Positions 49,696 to 63,145 of a stretch of 64,000 nucleotides of DNA are shown piece by piece. Numbering within the stretch: position 1 is the stretch's first letter; each line of letters opens with the position of its first letter. The notes below the pieces were generated by a model. It saw nothing but the letters and a program-made list of their open reading frames with translations. It searched no databases and was not told the DNA's origin. The translations under genes and the position numbers were made by a program. Source of the DNA: Podarcis muralis (Eukaryota); assembly GCF_964188315.1 (NCBI RefSeq), contig NC_135655.1:82398001-82462000 (forward strand), in the 5' to 3' direction.

Positions 49696-49798
49696 GTTGT
49701 TGTTGTTGTTTAGTCGTGTCCGACTCTTCGTGACCCCATGGACCAGAGCACACCAGGCACTCCTGTCTTCCACTGCCTCCCGCAGTTTGGTCAGAGTA
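49696..49798 (-). mobile_element. BovB (RTE) 3' end
   Basis: Minus strand GTCCATGGGGTCACGAAGAGTCGGACACGACTAAA(CAA)n; TSD ATGACATT (49688-49695, 49799-49806). Confidence 0.85.
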
Positions 49799-50638
49799 AT
49801 GACATTAATGAATTCCAATAAAGAATTTTTTCATATAAAATAAAATGAATTGGACTTAAACATAACTAATTTAGGCTGAATGCAGCTTATTGATTTCAAG
49901 CAGTAGTGTGAGGATTATCTGTTCTCCATCAGAAAGAGAGAGAGTGAGGACTGGGCACTGCACTGAATAGCAACAGAGTTTGCTATTAGACATGTAACTG
50001 ATTTAAATACTAGACACATGCCTGTTTACTCCCAATTATGGCTGTTTTAAGATGCCATAAAACATGGGAGATGTGAAATGAAAGGGGCCCTTCAAGCACA
50101 AACAGGTCTATCTAGAGGACTGGCAGAGGTAGAGTATAGGCCTTACACTGCTACAGGGGTGCAGAATCAGCAGCCTTCCATGTGTTGCTGGATTATCTCT
50201 CCCATCATCCCAGCCATTCTGGAGTCCAACAACTTCTGGAGAGTCATAGGTTCCCATCGCTTCTCTTCTAGATGAGTTAAGTTCCTTGCACAGGTATCAT
50301 GGAGAAGCACATGTTTCACACATTGGCCAGTGTATCATTCTGTACATTCTAATTGTCAAAATCAGTTATTTGTGACCAGGTTCCCTCACAATCTCTTTGG
50401 AAAAGTCATTACAATATGGCCAGTCTCTTTTCCAATTGAATCTTTTTTTTCTCTTTCTGGTTTGCCACCACCAGTTGAGACCCTAACATATGTGAAGTTA
50501 GATTCCCCCACCCCCTAAATGTGTCTCATTTTAAACTCGCTTACATTGAATTTCATTTCCATTTTGACATTCAAATATGGAGAGATTCTTTTAGAGCACC
50601 ATCACAATCCCTTTTTGGAATATTACTCTACCGAGATG

Positions 50639-50978
50639 CAGGGGCGTACCTAGCTGCTCTGGCACCCAGAGCAGTGGGGGCGGGGCGATCTGCCCACAGG
50701 GGCAGGGTGATCTGCTCACGGGGGCACCACGACGATCTGCCCAGGGGGGTGCCACAACGAGCTGCCCACGGAGCTGCCTGGCGGACACAAGCCCCACACT
50801 GCCGTTTCGGGCAATGCAGGGGCCCAAGCCACCATATCACCATATCACTCCCAGGAGAGACGTGTGGCTCTGGCGTGCTACAGGCCAGGCTCTGCGGTAA
50901 GTGCCACCCCCGTGGTGTGCCATTTTGTCACCCCCTCAGGCAGACCACACACCCCACACCCCCATTCCTACGCCCCTG
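50639..50978. mobile_element. hAT MITE
   Basis: TIRs CAGGGGCGTA / TACGCCCCTG; perfect 8-bp TSD CCGAGATG. Confidence 0.92.
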
Positions 50979-51599
50979 CCGAGATGATCACCCTGAAGGG
51001 GTGGAAGCTAACATACATTTCATATTTGGCCAGCTCAAGGGAACAAAGAAAGAAACTGCCCTCAGAGCCTTTTGTCTACTGCATGCTGATCCACAGGGGT
51101 GGGTTGGAGCAGCCAGTTGTGCCCTTGATGTGCTGGGAGCTTGGGCACCCACATTTTTTTGCCATGGATGCCTGACCTCCGCCACATGCCACCGCCGCTT
51201 GCCGCCCCAGTAGGTGGCAAATATAGGTGGCACCCCAGTAGGTGCTCCACCCACTCATTATACTTTGAGGTAGTTAGGGATGCTTTTGCTATTAAGATGA
51301 ACATGAATGATTTGCTGCCTGGTTGTGTTGAGTATGTGTGTAATCAAGGTGTCCGAAGCAACACATATATGCACTGTCTTTTTCATTCCATGTAATAAAC
51401 CAAGCTTTCTTTATTCTGCTGGTGTGCTATCTTTCTTATTGGGCATGAGGTTAAAAATAGAAACACGGAGTAGAAACACACATATTAACTCCAGGAAAAG
51501 ATCCTTAACCTATCAGGCGTGTGTAGAGTATATAGGGAACACATGAGTGGTGGACACAAAATGGGGCTTCAGTTGCACACTTGCACAGTTGTATTGATA

Positions 51600-51978
51600 G
51601 GGAACAGTTCTCTTTGAAACTAATTAAAGATGAATAGTGGAAAGAACCACAAATTCCCAAATAGCAGGTCCTCAGGTAATTATACAGAGAGGCCATAGAG
51701 AGCATTTTAATGATATGGGCTTCACTCATGTGATTCACGGATTTGGTTTCTATCTTATACAAGGCTATAAAATGAGTGCTCCTTATTCTAAGCATGTCAT
51801 ATTTGCCACAGAGCATTTTTTTTTAATGCAGTTGGTAAACTCCTGCTCCATAAAACAAAGGCAATGTTTCCCAGGCAGCTGCAGGTTTGTGGCTTGTGGG
51901 TGCTGTGGGAATGACACGTGCCAGACAAGTGTTTGGTTAAATAAAGCTACAACTTTATAGATTATACAGCAGGTAAGT
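51600..51978 (+). promoter_or_regulatory. Candidate OR promoter plus first exon (OR 53129)
   Basis: AACTAATTAA, TCCTCAGGTA, AGCATTTTAATGATATGGG (51701), CTATAAAA (51765), donor CAG|GTAAGT at 51973. Confidence 0.65.
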
Positions 51979-53128
51979 GGGGTTGGCATGGCAGTAGTGT
52001 GAGGATTGACTCTTCATTCCCATCAGCCCTTGGCAATGGAATGGCATTCTGTTTGAATAGTTGGCAGGTATCCAACACCTCCCATGGGAGTTGACCAGTG
52101 TTGGACCCTGGCATGGGACAGGTCAGACACCCAGAATCTCCCTGAAGCAGATACTCTCCCACCCTTTGTGGTGTGTTAAGGAGCCAACAGAGAGAACAGG
52201 TCATTTGCAGAACAGAGAAAGATAGTGACATGCCAGCTAACTTGCAGTTGGTTTCTTTATTAAGAAAGCAGAAAAGAGAACACACAGAGAATTCTAAGGG
52301 TGGCTCCTGTCAGGCAGCTTCCACGACTCCTCCTCATCCAGCCAGTCCCTGACATGGTGCCTCATATAAAAAGAGAGAAATGTATGCTGCAAGCAAAAGT
52401 AGTATTTGTGTAAGAAGGCCAGATATAATGAAGTAACACACATTGTTTGGAGTAAACTAGGATCACCTTATGAAAAATAATGTTAGAACACAATGAACTT
52501 ATGGAACTGGAGAAAGCCCTGTGCAGGAAATATCCCCAAACTCTATCAGGCTCCTATGGCTGTTTACTGGGTGATCCTACCCTGCAGGAAGTAAAATTTA
52601 TGAGCTAAATGGATCAGCCTGCAAAGCACCTCATTACAAAAAAATTGATGTGCCCCCATTTGATAATGAGAGCACTCCTGGTGACTTTACATAAGCAGGC
52701 TGCTTCCTGGGGGAGAAGACTCCAAACCTCTACATTTGACCTGCCCCCCTCATTTGGTAACTAGATAAACTCTAGTCATTTGACATAAGGAAACTGTCCA
52801 GAAGGAAAGCACAGGTCAGGAAGAATCCCAACAAAGAGAGAGGTCCCATGGTGCAAGAACCACATAATTTCATTGTACTCCCCTCTTCTTTGGGGAACAA
52901 TAATTTTGAAGCTTATAGCAGGGATGATTTGTTCAGAGGAGGAAGTGTTCAACAGTTCCTTACCATTCCCCTCCATTTTAATGCAAGGCCACCTGAATAT
53001 GCTTTTGGTTCTTGTTTTTAACAAGTCAGTGGACAAGTTAATATGCGCAACATCTAGTGTTGAGCTAAGAGTATTTAAACGTTGTCACTTCTTCTTTTTA
53101 TTTACAGAAGAGAGCACACCTTAGTAAA

Positions 53129-54073
53129 ATGTCAAAAGGAAACTTCACCGCAATTACTGAGTTTGTTTTGCTGGGATTCACAGATAACCAGAACCTGCAG
53201 GTTCTTCTCTTCACTGTGTTCTTTCTGATTTACTTGGTGATCTTAGTGGGGAACATTGGCATGGTAACATTAATCACAATTGACTCCCGGCTCCACACTC
53301 CCATGTACTTTTTCCTGAGCCACCTGTCAATCTTAGATATCGGTTACTCCACTGTCATTGCTCCCAGGACACTGATGACCTTTGTGGCAGAAAGCAAAAC
53401 TATTTCCTTCACTGGCTGTGCCCTGCAGTTTTTCTTCTTCTGCATTGCTGTATCCTGTGAGTGCTGCCTGCTGGGTGTGATGGCATATGACCGCTTCATT
53501 GCAATCTGCAACCCACTGTTGTATACTGCTCTCATGTCCAAAAAGCTCTGTTATTTGCTTGTGGCTGGTTCCTATCTAACAGGTTGTGTGAATGCAGCGG
53601 TCCAGACTTCATTTATATTTACTTTGTCCTTTTGTAGATCCAACATCATCAACCATTTCTTCTGTGATGTGGGCCCTATTCTAAGGCTCTCCTGTTCAGA
53701 TACAAGAGTCGTTGATATGATTCATTTTAGCTTCTCAACAGCAGTTGTATCAATACCTGTCCTGGGTATTCTGGTGTCTTACAGTTACATACTTGTCACC
53801 ATCCTTCGGATCAGCTCAGCCGAGGGCAGACGAAAAGCCTTCTCCACCTGTGCCTCCCACCTTACAGCTGTCACCATTTTCTATGGCACAGTTGCTTTCA
53901 TGTACTTACGGCCCAGTTCAAAATATTCTGTGGAACAGGACAAAATCATCTCTGTCTTTTACACCCTTGCAATACCTATGCTGAATCCACTCATCTACAG
54001 CCTGAGAAACAAGGAGGTAAAAGAGGCTTTCAAAAGGATGGTTGGGGGAAAGATTATCTCTCAGAGGCGATAA
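53129..54073 (+). CDS. Olfactory receptor, class II, intact, 314 aa
   Basis: Canonical motifs; acceptor TTTATTTACAG at 53107. Confidence 0.97.
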   Translation: MSKGNFTAITEFVLLGFTDNQNLQVLLFTVFFLIYLVILVGNIGMVTLITIDSRLHTPMYFFLSHLSILDIGYSTVIAPRTLMTFVAESKTISFTGCALQFFFFCIAVSCECCLLGVMAYDRFIAICNPLLYTALMSKKLCYLLVAGSYLTGCVNAAVQTSFIFTLSFCRSNIINHFFCDVGPILRLSCSDTRVVDMIHFSFSTAVVSIPVLGILVSYSYILVTILRISSAEGRRKAFSTCASHLTAVTIFYGTVAFMYLRPSSKYSVEQDKIISVFYTLAIPMLNPLIYSLRNKEVKEAFKRMVGGKIISQRR

Positions 54074-56639
54074 GCTTCATTATCAAAATCCTGGTTCTGT
54101 ATCTTATTGTACCCTTTATCTCATTTCCATTTTTAATTTTTATCTCTATAATGGGTTACATTCACACTTAGTCTACAATCCTTTACGTACTCCCATTTCT
54201 GAGTATGGGATTGTTCCATTTTTTATGTGTAGTTAGGTTCTATTGAAGTTTGACTTGGGCCCTCTCGATTTTTATTGGAATGAGGTACAACAAATTCTGC
54301 CTGTTTCCAAGCAAACTATTACAATTTGAGGTTTACAGGCTATGGATTTACTGAAGCACCAAGGAATTCTAATGCCTGTTTTCTGCCAGCAAGGGAAATA
54401 ATGAGAACTGAGCACCATTCCATTGAATGATAACAGAGAGTATACTATTTAACCTGTAGCAGATGAAATTCCCTGGCTTTCCAGATGTTGCTGGATTACA
54501 CTTCCCATCATCCAAGACCATTGTCCATTCTGGTGTCCAGGAACATATGGAGAACCACAGGTTCCCATGCCTGCTCTAGTAGATGCTGGAAGCTTCTGAC
54601 ACAGGTATGATGAAGGTGTACATGTTGCACACACATCATTCTCTGTTGCTGCAAAGATTAATATATGCTATTTGTGACAAGGGAACTATATGAATGGCAT
54701 GGCTCTGATTACCCTTCTTCAGAGGATGGTTAATGTGTTGCAGTAGTGATACTTAGGCAAGACAGTCACACCATTCACTGATAGACATGGAGAAGCGTTT
54801 TGACTGTGAGTGAATGCCACAATGCTGGCAGCCCATTATGTTGCCCCTAAACAGTAGGGTCCAGTGAGGGAGCCTGGGTGAGGCACCATTGCTCTTCTAG
54901 TGTTCCAACATAGCTAATTGCTGGCACTTGCAGAAAAGAAAGGGGGGACAAGGGGGGTGAAACAATGGTGCCAAACTATACATTTTCTATGGTTCACTGC
55001 CGCATATATTTATTCTGGTATTAATCTTTATCTTAAATGTGACCGGGAAGGTATGAGTAAATATCCAGACCTCCTAATCATTAATGTAAAGATCAGTGAA
55101 CTCATCTACTGTTACAAGCAAAGCTTATTAGCTCTTGTAATGAAAAAACCCTGTTTTGCTTAGACAGTAGGCTGTTCCTCCAAAAGTAATGGTTTAGAAA
55201 AAAATAACATAATCAGTTAGTCATTTCTTATGGAGGTCATGCTCTTTCAACTTCAGACTGGACAAGCTATACAAAATAGAAAAAAGAAAGGAACTTTTGG
55301 AAATAATTTATGGTGGAAAGGAATAAATATGTTATAATACTCATTCCAGGAAGACCCCTTCCCTACTCATCGAGTTACATTGGCCCCAAATAGCATTTAA
55401 ACCACAGATTTCCATAGTTGGATAGCTCGCACACTTCAACGGGACCACCTTTTTGTCGTATATTCTCAAGGGCCAGCTTCCCTCTTTGCTGAGCTGCAGA
55501 CCTAGGATTGGGTGAGGGAACTGCTGTAGCCTTGCTGATATTAATGGGAAGAGCTTAACTCTTACATGGAAGGCACAGGTCTCTGATTGCTGACTTGAGT
55601 TCCACTTTTTTCAGGAAAACCATACCCCCTCCCTTTTTCTCTTTACTTTTAGAGTGTGGCTCTGTGGCAAATTTCTGTACCTGCTCATCAGGCTTTGGGT
55701 AGTTTGGGATGCTCTTAAGATCAAGGAGCAACTGTACTGTGGGATTTGTTACCTATTGATATCTCTATAATCAAGGGTGTCTGAAGCAGCACCTGTATAT
55801 TCTGTCTCTGTCATTTCACGTAATAAACATAATAAAGATTCTACTTTCTTTATTCTACATTATTCTACATTCTTAGTGAGAATAAGGCTTAAGGTAGAAA
55901 AAACATGTTCTTAATTGAAACAAACATTGACTCCAACAACATATTGTGATCTTGCAAAGGGAAGATGTGGTTGGTGGGCAAGCTTGTGGGTTCAGACATA
56001 CGCTTCATTACATGGGGAGCTGAGCCCAGAGAAGAATATGGCTGCAGAGTGAACCAGAAGGTCCTGCCATGATGCGCTGCACCAAACCAGCTCCCTGCAC
56101 CTTGCACCTGCCCTCTCCCCCTCCTAGAAACCCTCTGTGTCAGGAACATGGGAGTACAAAACCCATTCCACCTCAATGGCCATACTGATTACCAAACTAA
56201 CTCAGCAGTCTCTGGTCAAAAAGATTGGGCTTGTTTTTGAAATGTTTCGAAGCCCTTCAAAACCTTTTTGACCAGAAATGATAGTGGAAAGGGGGGGGGG
56301 GATGTAGATGTCATGAACATTGACGACTCTGCAATCTCAAAGTTCCCAATTGCTGACGTGTGTGTATGTGAGGATGATGATGGAAATGTTTGCAAATGCA
56401 AGATGTTCCACTGGAAGCTCACACTTCACATTTTCAGTATGAATCAGCATGCCATATACTTGAAGAGCCTATTCTTGCGAAAGGCATGCTACAAATTTCC
56501 CCATGAGAAATAGCTTTGCAGAGTTGAGTTGGCAAGATTGGGACCAGGCTGTCTTACAAGTTTATCAGCAAACTTAATTTGACAGAAAATAGAGGCAAGT
56601 AATAAATAAAGATTCACATTGAATTGTGGACCGAATGGA

Positions 56640-56883
56640 GATGAAACACTTCTGCTTGGAACCAATTAAAGATGAAGAATGGAAAGAACGAATTCCCAAA
56701 TAGCATGTTCTCAGATGATTATGTTGAGGGGTCATGGAGAGCATTTTAATGATATGGGCTTCACCCATGTGTTTCAGGGATTTGGCTTCTAGTTGATGCT
56801 AAACTAACTATAAAATGACAGATTCTATCTACAACTGTTGGTTTGGTGTTCTTGGAATGACATCCATGTCTTCACAGGTAAGG
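56640..56883 (+). promoter_or_regulatory. Candidate OR promoter plus first exon (OR pseudogene 58969)
   Basis: AACCAATTAA, AGCATTTTAATGATATGGG (56740), TATAAAA (56809), donor CAG|GTAAG at 56878. Confidence 0.65.
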
Positions 56884-57710
56884 TGAGATATGCTATGTTA
56901 ACTAACCTGATAGACTCTCAGAGTGCTTGTGAATTTTTATGTCTAGCAGTCAGATCTAGCAACAGCTTGGTTCTCTGGGGGCAAATCAATTACCTGGGAT
57001 TTATTTTGGCTTTTTCTTTGACAAAAGACTTTTTTCATTCTCTGTATGTGATGTAGCCTGCTAGTTGCCTGTGACTGTAAGCAGCAGCGGATCATGGAGA
57101 TCTGTAGAAATGCAGATGGCAGTCTTTCTGCATTGACTTGTTGTAGAAAACATAGTCATGTGCAGCTGAAGGATAGCTTACATACTGCGTAACAAGTATG
57201 AAATATTGGGCAAGAGGTTTTATAAAAAATGTTACTGTTAGCTTACACAGTTCCAAAGGAAGGAGTATGTCCCTCCATAGTTATTTTCATCGTTGTTGCC
57301 TTTGGGAAGAAGGGGATGTATGTGAGCTTTTTCACATATTTTTTGGAGCATGCATTCCCCTTTCCCAAGAGCAGCAATCACCTTGGTAGGAAGACAAAAA
57401 AACTTTAGAGTCATAGACTCTTACATACTGAAAGGGCATGACGGTGTAAAATAGGAACACAATCCAAGCAGGTTCCTTTACGCCTCAGGATGCTGTAAAT
57501 AAGTGAACAGCAGGGACAATCAAAATTCCACTTCATGAAGACCAGATAGTACAGACAGCTAAAGCAAGTTGCTCAAGATGCCTAAGTAGCTGGACCTTGG
57601 TGTGAAAGAGCTTCCAATAGTGGTAGAATGTGGATCTGTATTGAAAATAAATTACCACTCACCCCCTCCAAGAAGTGGGCGGGGTTTGTGACACCATGCA
57701 AGACTTAGTT

Positions 57711-57830
57711 CAGTGATGGCCAAACTTGGCCCTCCAGCTGTTTTGGGACTACAATTCCCATCATCCCAGACCACTGGTTCTGTTAGCTAGGGATGATGAG
57801 AGTTGTAGTCCCAAATCTGCTGGAGGGCCA
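57711..57830. mobile_element. Palindromic hAT-type MITE, same family as 16508
   Basis: GGCCCTCCAG...GACTACAATTCCCATCATCC...GTTGTAGTCC...CTGGAGGGCC. Confidence 0.7.
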
Positions 57831-58132
57831 TTACAGGTCTTTGTTCCATTAAGTATTTTGTTTTTGTGGGACTGTGGAGTCAAAAGTCAAAGTTCATTTT
57901 CAGAGGTTTGTGACATAATCCAGTTCCATAAAATGAATGGACTGTCGCCAATAATATCAGCAGAAGGTGGAAAAATCTATGCTTGTAGTTTGTGAGGCTG
58001 ATTCATTCCTACAGTGTTCTCCTATGAGATATTGTTGGCATAATTGTGGTAATTTGTTTTAAGGTAGTGTGGTAGTCATCCAGCTGCAGGCATTCTTTTG
58101 GGTTGCATTTCAGAGCAATATGCAGTAAAATA

Positions 58133-58475
58133 GGTAAAGGTAAAGAGACCCCTGACCATTAGGTCCAGTCATGGACGACTCTGGGGTTGCATGCTCATCT
58201 CACTTTACTGGCCAAGGGAGCCGGCATACAGCTTCTGGGTCATGTGGCCAGCATGACTAAGCTGCTTCTGGAGAAACCAGAGCAGCGCACGGAAATGCCA
58301 TTTACCTTCCCGCCTATTTATCTACTTGTACTTTGACGTGCTTTCGAACTGCTAGGTTGGCAGGGGCAGGGACCGAGCAACGGGAGCTCACCCTGTCGCG
58401 GGGATTCGAACCGCTGACCTTCTGATCGGCAAGTCCTAGGCTCTGTGGTTTTGACCACAGCGCCACCCACATCCC
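58133..58475 (-). mobile_element. Sauria SINE
   Basis: (ACCTTT)n tail; 14-bp TSD TATGCAGTAAAATA (58119-58132, 58476-58489). Confidence 0.92.
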
Positions 58476-58968
58476 TATGCAGTAAAATAAAAGCATACTA
58501 TTATAAATTAGTTCAGTTTTGTAGGATTCATTGATCACCCAGGGCTTCAGTTCCCCCACTTCATTTATAAGACTTTGCAACATTCCTGGTAATCTCTGTT
58601 GCCATACTAATGGGGAGCATTGAGATAAGAATATTAACCATTGTTGATTCTTTGACCTATGCAGTGTTCATATGAGGACAAGGGAGTGTTGCTCACATCA
58701 GAGAGAGTACAGGGATGTCTTCAGCCAACACACATGATCTTTTTGTTTTCCCTGATCGTAAAACACCATTTCATGAAGCTGTCATTTGTCTGTATTTGAC
58801 AATTGCAATGGAATGGTTGCACTCCTCTTTCAAGACTTAAAATTGTGGCTTCCTGAAGCTTTTGGTGGTGATGGACATAGTACACACTGTAATATCTAGT
58901 ATGGATCTAATACTATTTCATCATTGTTCTCCTATTTTTATTTGCAGAAGATAGCACACCTTAATAAA

Positions 58969-61191
58969 ATGTCAGAAGGAAACTTCACCGCAATGACTGA
59001 ATTTGTTTTGCTGGGATTCACAGATAACCAGAATCTGCAGGTTCTTCTTTTTGCTGTGTTCTTACTGATTTACTTGGTGATCTTGGTGGGGAACATTAGC
59101 ATGATAACATTAATTACAATTGACTCCAGGCTCCACACTCCCATGTATTTTTTCCTGAGCAACCTGTCAATCTTAGATATCGGTTACTCCACTGTCATTG
59201 CTCCCAGGACACTGATGACCTTCGTAGCAGAAAGCAAAACTATTTCCTTCACTGGCTGTGCCCTGCAATTTTTCTTCTTCTGCATTGCTGTATCCTGTGA
59301 GTGCTGCCTGCTGGGTGCGATGGCATACGACCGCTTCATTGCAATCTGCAACCCACTGTTGTATACTGCTCTCATGTCCAAAAAGCTCTGTTATTTGCTT
59401 GTGGCTAGCTCGTATTGAGGCATCAGGCATAAGCCTGCATTTTATTAATGTTTGATCAGGACTTGTATATTAAAGAGGGCTTAGATTTTCAAAAGTTTCA
59501 TGCCAGGCAGACCAGCTGCTTAAGAAAACACTGGCAATGTTTTCCTCCTAGACAAGGGGCCCCCTTGATTTATAGCAGGAAAATAACTTTCAAAGTCGTA
59601 AAAGCTGAAATTACAGGCTGAGAACGGACACTGACCCTACATGTTACAGAAGATAACAAAGGCAGAGATAAATATAATTAGGAATGAGTAAATAGTAAAA
59701 TAATACCAATGTGCCTCCCAGTAAAATGAGCTAGATCTTCTTTCCAAGGTTAAAGACCAAATGGAGAAGCATCTGGCTGGCAGAAAGAAAGCATTTTTGG
59801 GAAGTCTTTTTTAAAGCTGTTTTCTTTCTTAAACTGAGAGAGTTTAAGGGTAATAAATGTTGGGAAGATCTAATGGGAAAAGCAACTGGCTGAAGAGGGG
59901 GGGGGTAAACTAAAGAGGCTTCTTTAAAAACTGTTTTTTACTGAGTTCCTTCCGTTCTACTTTGAGAAGCTTTATTCTTTTAAAAGGTTACCTATGATAA
60001 TGTATGAAATATATTAGCTTAAATATATTGGCTTAAATGTAATTATGCAAAGGATTTAAGAGATGTTAGATTCTTATTTCATAGAGTCCTAGAGTTGGAA
60101 TAGACCACAGGGGCCATTGAGCCCAGCCCCCTGCCGGACAGGAAGACGCCATCTGGGCAGTCCTGATATATGGCTGTCAGACATTTGTTTAGAAACCTTC
60201 AAATGAAGTAGATCTTTCAATGTTGATGTGAAATTCAAGATCCTTGACATATGTTTAAGATAAAAATTTAAGATTAACCATTTGTTTTAGAAGGCAATAG
60301 GGCAAAGAGGGCAAGAGGTGAGCTGGTAATTAAGATTCCATGTAAGATATATTATTACTTATTTGTCATTTATAGATGTAACAATATATAGCTCTTTGTG
60401 CTCCATATAAGGACAGGAGGATGTGGGTGTATCTTTTGTGATTGGATATAGCAGGCAGCCAATAGGAATTTCAACCAGGCTGATTGGACAGATGCAGCCC
60501 AAGGAGGAGCAAAGGGGGCTGGATTAAGGGAATATAAGTGCTGGCCATAATGGCAGGAGGCCAGGCCAGAGCTTGGTAACCATATACCACTGTGCCTCTC
60601 ATTTATTTGTCTGACAAATAAATTATTATTTTAATTTCTCTATTGCTGCGTTGAATATTTCATTCCAGCTAAGCGTTAACCACAAGCAGGGTGCTACAGT
60701 ATCTAACAGGTTGTGTGAATGCAGCGGTCCAGACTTCATTTATATTTAGTTTGTCCTTTTGTAGATCCAACATCATCAACCATTTCTTCTGTGATGTGGT
60801 CCCTATTCTAAGGCTCTCCTGTTCAGATACAAGAGTCATTGATATGATTCATTTTAGCTTCTCAACAGCAATTGTATCCGTAACTATCCTGGCCATTCTT
60901 GTGTCTTACACATACATCCTAGTTGCCATCCTTCGGATCAACTCAGCCGAGGGCAGACGAAAAGCCTTCTCCACCTGTGCCTCCCACCTTACAGCTGTCA
61001 CCATTTTCTATGGCACAGTTGCTTTCATGTACTTACGGCCCAGTTCAAAATATTCCGTGGAACAGGACAAAATCATCTCTGTCTTTTACACCCTTGCAAT
61101 ACCTATGCTGAATCCACTCATCTACAGCCTGAGAAACAAGGAGGTAAAAGAGGCTTTCAAAAGGATGGTTGGGGGAAAGATTATCTCTTAA
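58969..61191 (+). pseudogene. OR gene split by a solo LTR; a 311-aa ORF is restored on removal
   Basis: 58969-59415 (447 nt) plus 60703-61191 (489 nt) = 936 nt, joining ...VASSY|LTGCVN... in frame, collinear with 53129. Confidence 0.95.
59416..60698 (+). mobile_element. Solo LTR, 1283 bp (ERV- or Gypsy-type)
   Basis: TG...CA termini; 4-bp TSD GTAT (59412-59415, 60699-60702); CCAAT boxes at 60441-60487, AATATAAG at 60531, AATAAA at 60617. Confidence 0.9.
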
Positions 61192-62170
61192 AGACATTAA
61201 CGTTCAAAACAATAAATCCAATCCTACAGCTTACTTCATCCTTTATTACAAAGTCCTTATTACTATTATTTCCTTCCCAGTGAGTCAGATCCAGGCTAAA
61301 GCTACACTTCTATTCTTAATTTGAGTAGCTCACACTAAACTCCACAGGGTTTATTTCTCAGCAGGCATTTTTGTATTGGTCTGGGCATTAATTTATATCA
61401 AGTCCCATTGAAATGTGTGTGAGTTCTAAGAGATAGGTATACATCAGTAACATTTTTGATCGAGTGCATAAACTATGGTGGTCACGCCCAGTACGGAGAC
61501 TGAATAGAGCATTCCCATGTCTCTCCCCAAAATAGGCTGCCCTCGCACATCTTATCACAATGTTTAGAAGTTATTATTCATTGGCTTTCTCCCCCCTGCT
61601 GTCTCGTGTCATAATGCCTGGGGGTGATGGAATGGTATGTGCACATATACATGAAAAAATGAATGAAATAGGTTTACATGGAACTCTCTGTCATTTACTT
61701 ATAATGTGGTATTAGAGTGGCCTGGCTTGACTTTTAATGGTGGCCTGTAACGATGTTCATCTCTTTATTAGCGTTGCTGGACGAACACTTTTACTGTTAT
61801 GTTTTATTCCATGTTATGAATTTTAAATGTTTAATGAGCTGTTTGTCTTCTAGCATGGTGTAAGTCACTTTTTCAGAAGTTTTGTAAAAGGCAATGAACA
61901 TATATTATTAATAATAAATAAATAAATACATTTTAGCAACCAAAAAATTGAATCCTTTGTTCCCATGTCTATTTAGGTACACACATAGCCTCTTTACTTT
62001 AGTTTTTCAGCTCATTTAACTAAGCCGTTTCTATTTGGCTCAGCGGGGGGTTAGTGAACATTCAGTGAACGCTCACTCACATTTTAGAGGTTCAGTCATT
62101 TGATGTTACCTCATCTGTCACATGAGGGGGTGAACAGCATGACCATTATCTATTTGCATGTATTAATAAC

Positions 62171-62271
62171 AGGACTTTTTTCACCTGGAATTTACTGGAA
62201 CTCAGTTCTGGCACCTCAGGTGAACAAGGGGGTTCCAAAAGAGTTCCTATTTTTCTAGAAAAATAGCACTG
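62171..62271. mobile_element. Degenerate hAT-type MITE, related to 18611
   Basis: CAGGACTTTTTTC ... AGAAAAATAGCACTG ends. Confidence 0.5.
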
Positions 62272-62341
62272 ATTAATAATGTAGATCTTTAAAAAGCCAT
62301 TCACCATATACAATGGGCTCATTCCTCAGCAAGGCATTATT

Positions 62342-62612
62342 CAGAGGTGGAGCCTATGCCCGCACTGCCCAGGGCAGGCGCACTCCCGAGGGGGGGGCGG
62401 GGTATGGAGGGTGCCCTTCCAGGCATGGGACAGCTGCTCGGGTGCACAGAGCGGCACGCACATGCCCTGCAGCCAGGGGCGGAGTGAGCTGCCCATGTGG
62501 CCAGAGCGAAACATTTGGTGTGCTGCATGCCCACGACTGCCAAATGTCACCCCCCTCAGCAAAGACACCCGGGGCGATCCGCCCTCACTGTACCTCCCTT
62601 CCTCCGCCCCTG
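62342..62612. mobile_element. hAT MITE
   Basis: TIRs CAGAGGTGGAG / CTCCGCCCCTG; perfect 8-bp TSD GCATTATT. Confidence 0.88.
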
Positions 62613-63145
62613 GCATTATTGCCATATATTTGGCATGTGTCCATTTACAGCTTCACATGGTGCCACTAAGAAATAACGTGTCTCCAACAATCTCTGCCTG
62701 GTAGTGCCTCATTGATGCTGAATAGCTGGATGTAGAAAAGACTCAGAATGAGCTTGAGGAAATAAAAAGTTATTCACTGCTTACCCAAAACTTGAAAGAC
62801 AGGTAGTCAACTCTATGGAATGGTGATCTACAACCTGTGTGCCACAGTAGAAAAGGCCCTGTCTTGTGTCCCAACTAATCAGGTTTATGAACATGATGAG
62901 GCAGATTAGTAGAGCCTAAGATTTTGAGTACAATGTCAGAAGAAACCTTTGGAAAGAGGCTACCAAGCAGATTTCCTTCCATCCGCCCATTCAACAACAC
63001 CTGCTGTGAAAGCTATGCACTTTAGTTCTCTGCAAGGAATGTTGTTATTTCTTAACGTGTACTCAAATAGTAACATAAATTGCTTTGCAATCTTTCATTC
63101 TTGGCAAAGGCAGGTGTACACTAAGACATTGCAAACCTGATTGTG

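Noticed and set aside
44715-59381. Recurrent ~65-aa antisense ORFs (44715, 53344, 59184)
   Set aside because: Shadow frames of paralogous OR coding sequence; conservation follows from the sense gene.
59412-60699. Splicing out the LTR via GT at 59412 and the AG formed at 60698-60699
   Set aside because: This removes 1288 nt versus 1287 inserted, causing a frameshift. An in-frame alternative donor at 59401 (GTGGCT) is very weak, and the acceptor lacks a pyrimidine tract.
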